Below are positions 1-9,762 of a stretch of 64,000 bases of DNA, piece by piece (within the stretch, counting starts at the first letter, position 1; each line of letters starts with the position of its first letter). The position numbers and the translations under genes are program-made. This DNA comes from Deltaproteobacteria bacterium (GTDB lineage Bacteria > Desulfobacterota > WTBG01 > CAIYCZ01 > CAIRTM01). The stretch lies in NCBI GenBank assembly GCA_016875025.1, contig VGSH01000001.1:30174-94173 (forward strand), in the 5' to 3' direction. The notes under the pieces were generated by a model. The model saw nothing but the letters and a program-made list of their open reading frames with translations, was not told the DNA's origin and did not search any database.

Positions 1-275
1 TCCGTGTAGAGCTCCTGCTCTGGAACCGGAAATCCGCGCGCGCGCAGAAATCGCCCTGCAAGGTATTTGTTCTGCGTCACATGGAATGTGACCGCGCCGA
101 CACGGTCGGTCAGCGAACGGTAGCAGCGCACCGAGCAAAGGCCGTGGCACAGTTCGAAGACAGGCACTGAGGCGTCGATGACGCGGACTTCAATGCCGCG
201 GCGCCGGGCTTCATCCGTTATGGTCGTGGTATACGGGCTGAGCATGGGATCGGAAATTTGAAAAGGCATGGTCAT
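1..275 (-). CDS. ATP-grasp (RimK/glutathione-synthetase-like) protein, N-terminal fragment running off the window edge
   Basis: Reverse-strand translation from the ATG at 275 gives MTMPFQISDPMLSPYTTTITDEARRRGIEVRVIDASVPVFELCHG...RFLRARGFPVPEQELY. The R-G-x-x-V-x-x-ID ... L-x-x-x-G-x-PvP pattern is typical of the RimK/ATP-grasp N-region. The gene is incomplete. Confidence 0.4.
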   Translation of the reverse strand, partial: MTMPFQISDPMLSPYTTTITDEARRRGIEVRVIDASVPVFELCHGLCSVRCYRSLTDRVGAVTFHVTQNKYLAGRFLRARGFPVPEQELYT

Positions 276-580
276 GCACCGGATGCGCAGGTTGGTGAAG
301 CCTGCGGGTGAAGGTCGTGTCCTCTGCCGTGCAGTGCCGCGCCCGGCAGCAGGCAGTTGGGTAAGGCCTCAAGGGGCTCTCCAGGCAGTGCGCCCCGCAG
401 GGCGGCTGCTGTCTGCCGGGCGATCAGCCGGTGGGTTACCTCCCTGGGCATGCCGCTTTCTCTCAAGATATGTGCATATCAGCTTGACCGGTTGCGGGTT
501 CATAGTATAGTAAAGACCTGCCGGGCAGGTCAACAGCAATAACAAACCGGCAGCGCTTTTCAGCAGGGGATGGCAGCCGT

Positions 581-1186
581 ATGGGTATTGGAATCGTTGA
601 AGGCCTCAGCCACTGGAGCGTCGCCTCTATCAGCACATTTATCCTGATTTTCATGGCGGAGATGGGCGACAAGAGCCAGCTGGTGTGCATGACGCTGGCA
701 TCGCGCTGTTCGGGCCGCGCGGTTCTGGCCGGTGCAGTGGCAGCATTTGCGCTGCTGAACGCTGTTGCAGTTACGGCCGGGGCGGCACTGTATGCCGTGC
801 TGCCGCCGCTCCTGCTGCAGAGCGTTGTTGCTCTGCTGTTTGCCTTTTTTGCCTGGCATGCCTTTCGTTCTCATCCCGAGCAGATGCAGGAGCGCATCGA
901 ATCGCGCGGCCGCAGAGGCGTGTTCGCGGCTGCGTTTATGCTGACTGTCGTATCAGAGCTGGGCGATAAAACCCAGATCGCGGTTGCCGGCCTGGGCTGC
1001 ACACTGCAGCCGGCCGGGGTCTGGCTGGGCGCGACACTGGCGCTGACAGCAACAAGCCTTGTGGGCGTCGTTGCGGGCAAATCTGTGCTGAAACGACTGC
1101 CCATCAATGTGCTGCACCGCCTGAGCGGTGCCCTGTTCGCTGTGCTTGCTCTGGTGATGTTCGTGCGGATTGTGCGTTCATGGTAG
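581..1186 (+). CDS. UPF0016/GDT1 (TMEM165) family cation (Mn2+/Ca2+) transporter
   Basis: 201-aa polytopic membrane protein with the two signature E-x-G-D-K-[ST] motifs (EMGDKSQ and ELGDKTQ) in a two-repeat topology. Confidence 0.75.
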   Translation: MGIGIVEGLSHWSVASISTFILIFMAEMGDKSQLVCMTLASRCSGRAVLAGAVAAFALLNAVAVTAGAALYAVLPPLLLQSVVALLFAFFAWHAFRSHPEQMQERIESRGRRGVFAAAFMLTVVSELGDKTQIAVAGLGCTLQPAGVWLGATLALTATSLVGVVAGKSVLKRLPINVLHRLSGALFAVLALVMFVRIVRSW

Positions 1187-1204
1187 AGTGCAGATGTATC
1201 AGAT

Positions 1205-1480
1205 TTGTCCAAAATAAATTATTGGATCGCTGCTGAAGGCCCTCTGGCCGGGGCCGTGCCGTCCCATCCGGCAAAGAAGACCTCATTTCATGTTCGGCCC
1301 GTGTGCCGGAATATTTCAAACGGGCCAGGCACGCCCCCGCGATTGTTGTATACAGCAGTGAGCCCGGGCCGTGTATACAATGAATTTTACAGGACGTGCC
1401 GTTGCATCGGCAGTGCAAAAACTGCCGGATGGGACGGCACGGCCCCGGCCAGAGGGCCTGTTCTAAATTATTTTGGACAC
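1205..1480 (+). repeat. MITE-like palindromic intergenic element, copy A
   Basis: Terminal inverted repeats GTCCAAAATAAATTAT / ATAATTTATTTTGGAC. Internal 36-bp perfect inverted arms at 1238-1273 and 1423-1458. A near-identical inverted copy lies at 49594-49877, with further copies at 33641-33925 and 61993-62035. The six-frame ORF across it is judged spurious. Confidence 0.8.
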
Positions 1481-1592
1481 TACTGCAGATGTATATACAC
1501 GTGAACGTTGATCCTTCTGTTCGGGGTCGGCAGCGAAATCGAGTGTTTTACACTACCGTTTTCGATGCATCGTATACTGTCGGAGAACGTCG

Positions 1593-2393
1593 ATGGAAAA
1601 TGTATGGGCTGCCTTTGGGCTCACTTTGCTGGCCGGTCTTGCAACCGGTATCGGCAGTGCGCTTGCCTTTTTTACCACGCGCACAAATACGAAATTTCTG
1701 GCCTCAGCTCTCGGCTTTTCAGCCGGGGTGATGCTCTATGTCGCTTTTGTCGAGATATTTCAAAAATCACGTGAATCACTTGAAGCCGCCCTGGGCGATG
1801 GTACCGGAACCGCTCTGACTGTCGGGGCATTTTTCAGCGGCATAGCTGTTGCCGCGTTGATAGACCGGCTTGTGCCCGGGTTCGAGAACCCGCATGAGAT
1901 ACGCAGCGTTGAGCAGATGCAGCCCGGCCAGATGCCTGAGGACGCGCGCCTGCTGCGCATGGGGATTTTTTCAGCGCTTGCCATTGCGGTGCACAATTTT
2001 CCCGAAGGCCTTGCAACCTTCATGGCTGCGCTCAATGACCTGAATCTGGGCGTCAGCATTGCCGTTGCCATTGCCATCCACAATATCCCCGAAGGCATCG
2101 CTGTTGCGGTGCCGGTCTACTACGCGACCGGCAGCCGCAGGAAGGCGTTTGCGCTGTCATTTTCCTCCGGGCTGGCCGAGCCCGCCGGGGCGCTGATCGG
2201 CTTTTTCTTTCTGTTGTTTTTTTTCAATGAGCTTGTGTTCGGCATAGTGTTCGCCGCCGTGGGCGGCATCATGGTCTACATCGCGCTTGATGAGCTTCTG
2301 CCGTGCGCCGAGCACTACGGTGAACATCATTTGGCAATGACCGGTCTGGTAATCGGTATGGCTGTTATGGCGGCAAGCCTGTTGCTACTGTGA
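1593..2393 (+). CDS. zupT: ZIP-family zinc transporter ZupT
   Basis: 266-aa membrane protein with the two HN[FI]PEG[LI]A motifs (HNFPEGLATFMA, HNIPEGIAVAV) and an RBS-like GGAGAA upstream. Confidence 0.85.
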   Translation: MENVWAAFGLTLLAGLATGIGSALAFFTTRTNTKFLASALGFSAGVMLYVAFVEIFQKSRESLEAALGDGTGTALTVGAFFSGIAVAALIDRLVPGFENPHEIRSVEQMQPGQMPEDARLLRMGIFSALAIAVHNFPEGLATFMAALNDLNLGVSIAVAIAIHNIPEGIAVAVPVYYATGSRRKAFALSFSSGLAEPAGALIGFFFLLFFFNELVFGIVFAAVGGIMVYIALDELLPCAEHYGEHHLAMTGLVIGMAVMAASLLLL

Positions 2394-2671
2394 TGTTGTT
2401 GGGACGGGTCTGGGCAGTGTGTCTGAAAAAAACACCGGGTCAGGCATTATGAGATCGCCTGTTGGTGCATTTTGCTTTTTACCGTTGTTTTTTTTTAAAG
2501 AAGATGCACGCTCGTTCGTGGTGAGCCTGTCGAACCATGAACGAGCGTGTCGTTCGATACGTAACCCAATCGTTCCAGCGCCAGGCTCAGGGCGAACGAA
2601 CGGTGTTTTATTGCATACGGTATCTGGAAAAATGCCTTAACAGTCTGTTGAAAAAGTATTTCAAAAGCCTG

Positions 2672-2947
2672 CTAAAAGAGTTGTTCCTCGTTTTTCTTTT
2701 CCTTCAAGTAACACATGACCGCCTCAAGGCTGTATTTGACTGATCGGTGATGCGGGGCTGTGCGGATATATTCGGGGCCGTGGCCCGCGCTGCGCCATTT
2801 TTCAAGCTCTTTTTCGGATATATTGAGAAGCTGTGAAACCTGGTGTGATGAGAGCAGATCGGATGCCTGGGCACGCATGAGCGTTGTTTCTCCGGATGTA
2901 CGTGTGATTGTCAGCGCTATGGCGCTTGCGCAGGAGCGTCGCGCCAA
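2672..2947 (-). CDS. small helix-turn-helix DNA-binding protein (excisionase/AlpA-like); true start may be the internal Met near 2878
   Basis: The segment LLSSHQVSQLLNISEKELEKWRSAGHGPEYIR resembles an HTH_17/excisionase fold. Confidence 0.35.
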   Translation of the reverse strand: MARRSCASAIALTITRTSGETTLMRAQASDLLSSHQVSQLLNISEKELEKWRSAGHGPEYIRTAPHHRSVKYSLEAVMCYLKEKKNEEQLF

Positions 2948-3053
2948 CCGTTTCTTTTTTTAAAGGCATATTCTCGACAGTTTTTTTAAAAATGCAACCG
3001 GAAAAATTCGAGGTGCAAAAGCATAAAACAGGCCATCAGGAAAAAGGAAAGGT

Positions 3054-4049
3054 TTATCCGGCGTGAAAGGCCTCACGGGCTTCACGGGCAGGCTCATCCG
3101 GCAGGCGCTCATAGCGCGGGGAAAAATGAAAAACTGTGAGTTTTTTTGCACTGCATGCGCGCGCAAGCAAACCGGCCTGCCGGGCGGTGAAATGGCCGCT
3201 TCTGCGGGCCTTAACAGCGTCGCGTTCCAGAAAAGCCGCTTCACAGAAAAAACGATCAACGCCGACGGCAAGCTCTTTGATTTTTTTAAGATTTGCCGGT
3301 GTTGCGCCGCTGTCGGAGATATAAGCGACAGTCTCACCGCGGGAAATATGCACCAGCTGTTGCTTGAGCTCACCAAGGCGCATGCTTCGCGGCCTGGGTG
3401 AGCCTGCTGCTGGGATTTCAATCAGCGTGCCATCCGGGCATTGCGCGCGGATCTTGTTTTTAAGCGTCTGCAGCCAGGGGCCTTTCGGAAGGCCGAGCCT
3501 GCCCAGCGCGTCCTTGTTGATATTGATCCGGTTGTGTTCTTCGATCCGGAATGCAAGCGAGGCGATGCCGTTGTGATTCAGGCGCCGGGTGAGAACCCGG
3601 TAGAGCGGGTGCTCGACAACCGTGCCGTTAAAGGGCCGGCGCTGTTCAGGGCCGGGTTTGAATTTTTCGCTGCAGGCAAACCGACGGACACTGATTGTGC
3701 GCGTGCCGATTTCATGCACATCGAGCTTAAAGGGATAGGTGTCGGTCAGGTTCCAGGTATAGCCCCGGAGCCGGCCGGTCATGTTGGCGATAATGCCCGG
3801 CGGGCCGTACAGACGCAGAACACGGTCGCGCGCCAGGTTGAGGCGCAGCAGATGGTCAATGCCGATGACGTGGTCGATGTGGGTGTGGGATATGAATACA
3901 TCGGAAATCTTGAGCAGCAGCCGGGCGGCTGTGCGGCTGATATCGCCTGCATCACAAAGCAGGGCTGTGCCTTCTCCCTGCAGTCCGATATACAGGGCCG
4001 GGTCGCCGAACGGAGGATTGAGCAGCCGCGGCTGAAAAAGGGGCGTCAT
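3054..4049 (-). CDS. MBL-fold metallo-hydrolase
   Basis: 331 aa with the HTHIDHVIG (HxHxDH) metallo-beta-lactamase motif. Confidence 0.7.
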   Translation of the reverse strand: MTPLFQPRLLNPPFGDPALYIGLQGEGTALLCDAGDISRTAARLLLKISDVFISHTHIDHVIGIDHLLRLNLARDRVLRLYGPPGIIANMTGRLRGYTWNLTDTYPFKLDVHEIGTRTISVRRFACSEKFKPGPEQRRPFNGTVVEHPLYRVLTRRLNHNGIASLAFRIEEHNRININKDALGRLGLPKGPWLQTLKNKIRAQCPDGTLIEIPAAGSPRPRSMRLGELKQQLVHISRGETVAYISDSGATPANLKKIKELAVGVDRFFCEAAFLERDAVKARRSGHFTARQAGLLARACSAKKLTVFHFSPRYERLPDEPAREAREAFHAG

Positions 4050-4564
4050 GCCGCACTGCCTTCTGCAGCAGGGTGTTGAGCGGTTTCAGGATGGATGATA
4101 TGCCATAGCTGCTCCTGAAGACGGTCAAGGGCTTCGTAGAGATTCGTAAATGCATCCTGTGCGCCGCAGCGCTCAAGCTCACGGCTGACGGTTTCACAGT
4201 TGACCTTGACGCAGGGAAACGGTCGGCAGTCCGGCGGCAGCACACAGCCGGCCGGGCCCAGAAACGAGCATCCATTGGGCAAGCCGTGGTCAACACGCAG
4301 ATTAAAGGGCGCTTCATTGCAGGCGCGAAAGATAAAATAGTCCCCCTCGGTAAACCAGCCGTCAACCGGCATGCACTGGCAGCAGGATGCCGCGCACGCG
4401 GGGCATACGCCTACGGTAATGCCGTCAAGCAAAGCGCGCATATTGAGCTGAATCAGGCTGTTATAACCCGAGAGGATCCTGAGCTGTTCCCGGCAGGCCG
4501 GGTTTTTTTCAATAAAGGCCTGATAGCGCTCTTCAAGCAGTTCCAGTCCCATCGACGCATACAC
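4046..4564 (-). CDS. Cys-rich protein, YkgJ-like putative Fe-S/zinc-chelating domain
   Basis: CPACAASCCQC cluster plus further Cys pairs. Overlaps the downstream gene by 4 nt, suggesting an operon. Confidence 0.4.
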   Translation of the reverse strand: MYASMGLELLEERYQAFIEKNPACREQLRILSGYNSLIQLNMRALLDGITVGVCPACAASCCQCMPVDGWFTEGDYFIFRACNEAPFNLRVDHGLPNGCSFLGPAGCVLPPDCRPFPCVKVNCETVSRELERCGAQDAFTNLYEALDRLQEQLWHIIHPETAQHPAAEGSAA

Positions 4565-4972
4565 CCTTTAATTACGCAAGCACAGTCGCTTCGTATTCGG
4601 GCGTAATGGTACCATAATTACCCGCTACGGTACAGGCCTATCATATGAGGCGCGCTGCCGGACGCTACAGGGTCTTAAGTTGAGAGCCGTTCCATGTTCC
4701 GGTCAATCGATGGGTAAGCGACAGGTGCAGTCGCATGGTGAAACTTTCCACGAACAGGAGTGCCGGGGCAGCGATTGAGCCCGGGCGGACTGCAAGGCCA
4801 TTCCGTCTGCAATAATGATGCACAGGAAAGCCAGGAGCCGCATTGCAATAAGAATGTTTGAAATTCAGGCGCAACTATATTATGCTGTTTCACTTCAAGC
4901 CAAGGTCAGCAGTATTGTTATATATGGCACCTGTCCGGCGTTGTCGTTGCACAAAGGAGTACAGACACGAGC

Positions 4973-5944
4973 ATGCGTATTGCAGTCATTGGCGCCGGCC
5001 GGCGGAATAACGGCATAGGGGCTTATATTGCCCGATTTGCGAAGGCAGACGGCGCGGACGTTGTGGCGGTTCTGGCCCAGGATATTGAGACCGCGCACCG
5101 CGATGCCGAGTCGCTGCAGCAGTGGGGCGTTGCGGCTGTTCCCTATGCGGATTTGGGGCTGCTTATCCGGAGGGAGAACCCGGACGCACTGGTCATCGCA
5201 TCGCCGGCAATAACTCACGCAGGGTATCTCGGTGCGGCCATAGATGCGGGGGTGCACGTTCTGTGCGAAAAACCCCTGATCTGGGATGACGGCTGCGATT
5301 GCAGCCGTATTGCGAAACTGCTGGCTGCCGCGCGTGAGCGCGGCCTGACAGTTGCCATGAACTCCCAGTGGCCGTTTGTTCTGCCGGCGTATGAGCGTCT
5401 GTGCGGACTGCCCCAGAGGGCGGATATACGATCATTCAGGATAGAATTGTCGCCATTGGTAAGCGGCAGGGACATGATTCCGGATTCGATGCCGCATGCC
5501 CTGAGTATGCTTTTCAGCACGCTGGGGGCAGGGTGCCTGGAGGATATACGCCTGTTTTCCGGTCATGACTGCCTGACGGCAGGTTTTGATTATGTAACGG
5601 ATGCCGGGTCGTGCCGAGTTGAGGCGCTTCTCACGAAGGCGCCGTGTCAGCCCAGGCCGTTCGCCTTCGGGTTTAACGGCAAACTGGCCCGGCGGGAAAT
5701 CGACATGGCCGTATACCGTATAGCCTTTGTCTGCGACGGGCGCCGTATCGAGGTCGATGATCCGCTTCAGCAGTCAGTGAACGATTTTTTGCATGCTTGC
5801 CGCAGCGCGCAACAGCCGCGCATCGGCTCTGAGCATATACTGGAAACCATGAGGATGCTGCAGCAGGTGTATGCATTCTGGCCGCAGCAGCGGCTGCATG
5901 AACAGGAGGCTGAGGGTGGAAAAACTTCCCAGCAGGGAACATGA
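4973..5944 (+). CDS. Gfo/Idh/MocA-family NAD(P)-dependent oxidoreductase
   Basis: N-terminal Rossmann segment MRIAVIGAGRRNNGIGAYIA with an AAAGGAG RBS. 323 aa. Confidence 0.7.
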   Translation: MRIAVIGAGRRNNGIGAYIARFAKADGADVVAVLAQDIETAHRDAESLQQWGVAAVPYADLGLLIRRENPDALVIASPAITHAGYLGAAIDAGVHVLCEKPLIWDDGCDCSRIAKLLAAARERGLTVAMNSQWPFVLPAYERLCGLPQRADIRSFRIELSPLVSGRDMIPDSMPHALSMLFSTLGAGCLEDIRLFSGHDCLTAGFDYVTDAGSCRVEALLTKAPCQPRPFAFGFNGKLARREIDMAVYRIAFVCDGRRIEVDDPLQQSVNDFLHACRSAQQPRIGSEHILETMRMLQQVYAFWPQQRLHEQEAEGGKTSQQGT

Positions 5945-7124
5945 TTTTTGTTCGAAACTACGGCAGGCTTCTGTTGTTGAGCGTTTGCGCGCCTACATAA
6001 GCTGGCAGCGCAGCGGAGCCCCTCCGGACGGCATACCGCCGTTCGGGCCGCTGTCGATCAACCTTGATCTGACCTCGGCCTGCAACTTTGCCTGTCCGCA
6101 TTGCGTGGATTCGGGCATCATCAACACCGGGGAGTCGATTCAATTAAGCGATATCCGGGGCAGCCTTGAAACGCTTAAGCAACGCGGCCTCCTTTCCGTA
6201 ATTTTGATCGGGGGAGGCGAGCCGACCCTGCATCGGGATTTCGAGGAAGTCGTCTGTTTTTCCAAAAAACTCGGTCTGCAGGTGGGCATCGTAACGAACG
6301 GAACCCGCCTTGATCGTGTCGCTTCGGTAGCTGAGCGCCTTGAGCCCAAAGACTGGCTTCGCTTGTCGGTTGACGCAGGAACACGTGAAACCTTTATTAA
6401 GGCCCACCGGCCTCGCGTCACCGCAGATCTTCATGCAATTCTCCAGAATGCCCATGATATCAAAAAGGCACATCCCGCCATTTCACTCGGCTATTCGTTC
6501 GTAATCGTCTGGGACGGAATCGAAGCGGGCGGTCATGTGCTCGATCCCAATATCGATGAAATGGTCAGTGCTGTGCATCTGGCTGTCCAGTACGGTTTTG
6601 ATTACGTGTCCTTTAAACCATGCCTTGTGCGGCTCGAAGGTTCCGGCCGCGAATCCCTGCTCAATGAGACCGCCGAGGAACGGCAGGCACGGCTGTCGGC
6701 AGCCCTGCGTAAAAATCTCGACCTGGCACAGGCTGCAGCCGGCGGCAGAATTGCGATCCTGCAGAGTGTGAACCTGCAGGCGCTGCTGGCCGGCAAGGTC
6801 GACGAACTCAAGACTCAGCCTCGCATCTGCCACATGCAGTACTTCCGCACCGTGCTTGCGCCGGCAGGGATCTATCACTGCCCGGCGTTTCGCGGCATTG
6901 AGAATGCACGCCTTGCAGGGGCTGGCGGTTATGCGGACTCCGGCTGTTTTGACGCGACTTCCGCGGAACTGGCGAGGTCAATTTTCAGCTTTGATGCTGC
7001 GCATGAGTGCCGCGAGGTTGCCTGTTTTTACAATCACGCCAACCGCGAGCTTGAGCACCTTATTGCCGGCAGCTGCGCTCCGATGGATATCGTTCCGCTT
7101 GAAGATGATAATTTTTTTCTGTGA
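5871..7124 (+). CDS. radical SAM enzyme (possible C-terminal SPASM/auxiliary Cys region); start uncertain (5871 or 5898)
   Basis: CNFACPHC (Cx3Cx2C) motif followed by GGGEPTL. Extra Cys residues in the C-terminal third. Overlaps the end of the oxidoreductase gene. Confidence 0.7.
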   Translation: MHSGRSSGCMNRRLRVEKLPSREHDFCSKLRQASVVERLRAYISWQRSGAPPDGIPPFGPLSINLDLTSACNFACPHCVDSGIINTGESIQLSDIRGSLETLKQRGLLSVILIGGGEPTLHRDFEEVVCFSKKLGLQVGIVTNGTRLDRVASVAERLEPKDWLRLSVDAGTRETFIKAHRPRVTADLHAILQNAHDIKKAHPAISLGYSFVIVWDGIEAGGHVLDPNIDEMVSAVHLAVQYGFDYVSFKPCLVRLEGSGRESLLNETAEERQARLSAALRKNLDLAQAAAGGRIAILQSVNLQALLAGKVDELKTQPRICHMQYFRTVLAPAGIYHCPAFRGIENARLAGAGGYADSGCFDATSAELARSIFSFDAAHECREVACFYNHANRELEHLIAGSCAPMDIVPLEDDNFFL

Positions 7125-8137
7125 TGCATTCCATGGATATTCGGCGCATCGGCATTATGCATTTGAACCAGATCGGCGATCTTTTATTCGCGCTGCCGAT
7201 GATAGCATCCTTGCGAAAGCATGCCCCGCAGGCTGAGATACATTCATATGTCAAGCCATACCTGCGAGAACTTCTCGAACCCTGCGCCCTTGTCGACGAG
7301 ATCAGGCTGCGTGAAGGGGGCATGCGCAATACGCTGCAGTTGATCGCCCGGGTGCGCAGGGCGCGCTATGACCTGTTTATCACCCTGTCGCGTTCGGAAG
7401 AATGCATGCTGATTGCCACCTTAAGTGGTGCTTCCCTGCGGGCGGGATTCTGCCACCCGCCGCTTGACCGCCTGCTGCATGTGCGTGAGGCCATCCGGGG
7501 CCATAACAGCTGGAGCAATAACGCCAGGCTGCTCGAACGTCTCGGTATTCCGGCATGTGATGGCGGCTATGTGGGACTGCTGCCGCGGGAGCGCTACGAT
7601 GGCCCCGGCCCGCTTCCCGCGCGCTATGCCGTGCTCTCGCCCGGAGCTTCAAGCCGTCGGCAGGCCAAGGCCTGGTACCCGGCCGGATTTGCCGCTGTTG
7701 CGGACAGTCTGCTTGAGCGCCACGGATTGGTTTCTGTGCTCGCAGGGGGGTCGGACTGCCGCAGCTTCAATGACTCGGTGCTGGCTGCCATGCAGGCTCC
7801 CGCACGTGAGGCCGTTTTGGATGTGACCGGCCGGATCGGCCTGCGCCAGCTGAGCGCGCTGCTTGCCGGTGCCGCCCTGTTCGTCGGTATCGATTCGGGT
7901 GTCATGCATATGGCTGCCGCTCATGATGTGCCGGTTGTGGCTCTCTTTGGCCCGACTGATCCTGATTTCGTGGCGCCGCATAATCGCCGCAGCCTGATCG
8001 TGCGCAATGAATCCCTTGCCTGCGTCCCCTGTTATCTCACACCATGCGAGCATCTCTCCTGCATGCAGAGCATTACGGCCGAGCAGGTGCTGGAGGCCTG
8101 CGAGCGCCTTCTGAAGGCCGCAGGGAACAATCACTGA
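7121..8137 (+). CDS. glycosyltransferase family 9 (LPS heptosyltransferase-like)
   Basis: N-terminal IGIMHLNQIGDLLFALP resembles the GT9 N-terminal motif. The G-x-D-S-G-x-x-H motif (GIDSGVMHMAA) is present. Start overlaps the radical SAM stop (TGATG). Confidence 0.75.
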   Translation: MMHSMDIRRIGIMHLNQIGDLLFALPMIASLRKHAPQAEIHSYVKPYLRELLEPCALVDEIRLREGGMRNTLQLIARVRRARYDLFITLSRSEECMLIATLSGASLRAGFCHPPLDRLLHVREAIRGHNSWSNNARLLERLGIPACDGGYVGLLPRERYDGPGPLPARYAVLSPGASSRRQAKAWYPAGFAAVADSLLERHGLVSVLAGGSDCRSFNDSVLAAMQAPAREAVLDVTGRIGLRQLSALLAGAALFVGIDSGVMHMAAAHDVPVVALFGPTDPDFVAPHNRRSLIVRNESLACVPCYLTPCEHLSCMQSITAEQVLEACERLLKAAGNNH

Positions 8138-8214
8138 GTACACGTGCATCAAATATATTTTTGTACGGGGCCGTTTGCAGTACTGCAAACACCCGATTAT
8201 AACAGGATGAAACT

Positions 8215-8940
8215 ATGGGCGGATTGAAGATTATTGGAGGACGTTCCTCGCATGATGTGTTGCGCATGGTTCTTGCTGAAAGGTCTCCTGGAAAAATTCT
8301 TGATGTTCCTGCCGGCATTGGAGTACTATCCAGCTTTCTGCGCGAGCACGGCTACGATGTTCATTGTGCTGATATTGACCCGGGCAATTTTGCAACCCAG
8401 GGCTTTCCTTTTGAAATTGTCAATCTTAACAGGGGGTTGCCGTATCCGGACGCCTCATTTCAGGCAGCCGTATGCGCTAACGGGCTGCACAGACTGTGGA
8501 ATCCGGGTCAGGCGATTCGGGAACTGTATCGGATACTCACACCCGGCGGCAGTCTTTTTATTACCGTCAATAATTACGCTTCTATACAGAAGCGGATTCG
8601 ATTTTTATTTACCGGGTCGATTACCAAAACGATAAATAGCGGTGAGTTCTGCCAGACAACAGGTGACCCTGAGGCGAATTTTCGTAACTGTTTTTTATTT
8701 CCGCAACTGGCAAATATGCTCGAGGCGGCCGGTTTCCAGATTGCCGACACCCGGGCATCGAGTATTAAAAATGTACATCGACTGCTGGCGCCTGTGGCAT
8801 GGCTTATACGCTTCGGCACGTTGTTTATCAGTAAACGCAACAAGTGCCTGAACCGTATATATGAAACCCGCTCTGCCGCTGTCTGCCCCGGGGGCAAGTA
8901 TCTGTTTATTGAGGCGGTTAAGCCTAACTCTGCATTGTAA
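8215..8940 (+). CDS. class I SAM-dependent methyltransferase
   Basis: LDVPAGIGVLSSFL motif I (DxxxGxG) and an acidic CADID segment. RBS-like AGGATG upstream. Confidence 0.7.
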   Translation: MGGLKIIGGRSSHDVLRMVLAERSPGKILDVPAGIGVLSSFLREHGYDVHCADIDPGNFATQGFPFEIVNLNRGLPYPDASFQAAVCANGLHRLWNPGQAIRELYRILTPGGSLFITVNNYASIQKRIRFLFTGSITKTINSGEFCQTTGDPEANFRNCFLFPQLANMLEAAGFQIADTRASSIKNVHRLLAPVAWLIRFGTLFISKRNKCLNRIYETRSAAVCPGGKYLFIEAVKPNSAL

Positions 8941-9015
8941 GCAGCTGCAGGCGGACAGACTGTTCGGGTGTATGTATGTGCGCAACCTGTTTAGTATTGC
9001 TAGTGTCTGAGCGGA

Positions 9016-9762
9016 GTGTCTGTGCCTGACCAGTTGCAACCTGAACCCAACTATGCGCGCATGCGGATCGGCAGGATGCTGTTGCGCGCAGCCGAAGGCG
9101 TTCCACAAGGCTGGCTGTGTGATATCGTGCGGCAGGCTGCACAGGACTCATCCCGCAGTGTGCGCCGCGCGCCTGCGCCTCCCGGCTGGCACGGCGAGGT
9201 GATGATCAAACGCTACCGGCTGAGGCAAAACCACGGTATTATCCGCCGCCTTAAGCCCGGCCGTTCGGCGCTTGAAGGCAGCGGATATTTGGCTTTCAGG
9301 CGCTGTGGCCTTGCAACCCCTGCGCTGCTTGCCTGGGGCGAATCACGCCGGTTTCTGCTGTTTGATTTCGGCATCATTGTGACGCAGTATGTTGATGCCC
9401 CCTCGGTAGCGCACGTATATGCACAGACCCACGACGACGCTCTGCTGGCTGACACAGCCCGTGAACTCGCACGGATCCACCGCGCAGGCCTTACCCATGG
9501 AGACCCTTTTGTCAGGAATTTTCTGGCTACCCGGCCCCGGCCCGTGGCCATCGACATCGCATCGTGGAGCCGATTCCGCAGGGCATCCCAGCTTAAGGAC
9601 CTGACCCGCTTTGGCGCTTCGGTCTTCAAACTCACCGCTGATCCAAAACGTGTAAAGGCAGTGCTTGTGTGCTATGCGCAGGACGCGCCCGCGCTGCCTG
9701 ACGCAATCGACAGGCTTGTTGCCCGGGCCGAAGCATACGCACAGTCGAAGAAACGAGCGTAA
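9016..9762 (+). CDS. lipopolysaccharide kinase family protein (Kdo kinase/WaaP/InaA-like)
   Basis: LTHGDPFVRNFL catalytic-loop-like motif and overall protein-kinase-like fold size. GTG start. Confidence 0.6.
   Translation: MSVPDQLQPEPNYARMRIGRMLLRAAEGVPQGWLCDIVRQAAQDSSRSVRRAPAPPGWHGEVMIKRYRLRQNHGIIRRLKPGRSALEGSGYLAFRRCGLATPALLAWGESRRFLLFDFGIIVTQYVDAPSVAHVYAQTHDDALLADTARELARIHRAGLTHGDPFVRNFLATRPRPVAIDIASWSRFRRASQLKDLTRFGASVFKLTADPKRVKAVLVCYAQDAPALPDAIDRLVARAEAYAQSKKRA

Noticed and set aside
268-690. Several 60-100-aa ORFs on both strands in the region between the partial ATP-grasp gene and the GDT1 gene
   Set aside because: High-GC intergenic DNA generates such ORFs by chance. They overlap one another, have no RBS and no recognisable motifs.
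1205-1504. 99-aa and 109-aa ORFs (1205-1504 plus; 49541-49870 minus) encoding near-identical peptides
   Set aside because: They lie entirely inside the two copies of the palindromic MITE-like element. The identity reflects the repeat, not a conserved protein.
5871-5944. Possible programmed frameshift or fusion between the oxidoreductase and radical SAM genes, because of a 74-nt overlap
   Set aside because: The overlap is better explained by an uncertain start codon for the radical SAM gene (5898 or later). There is no slippery sequence.
8924-9151. Small ORFs in the methyltransferase/kinase intergenic region
   Set aside because: No RBS, and they overlap the 3' end and 5' start of annotated neighbours. 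Likely non-coding.
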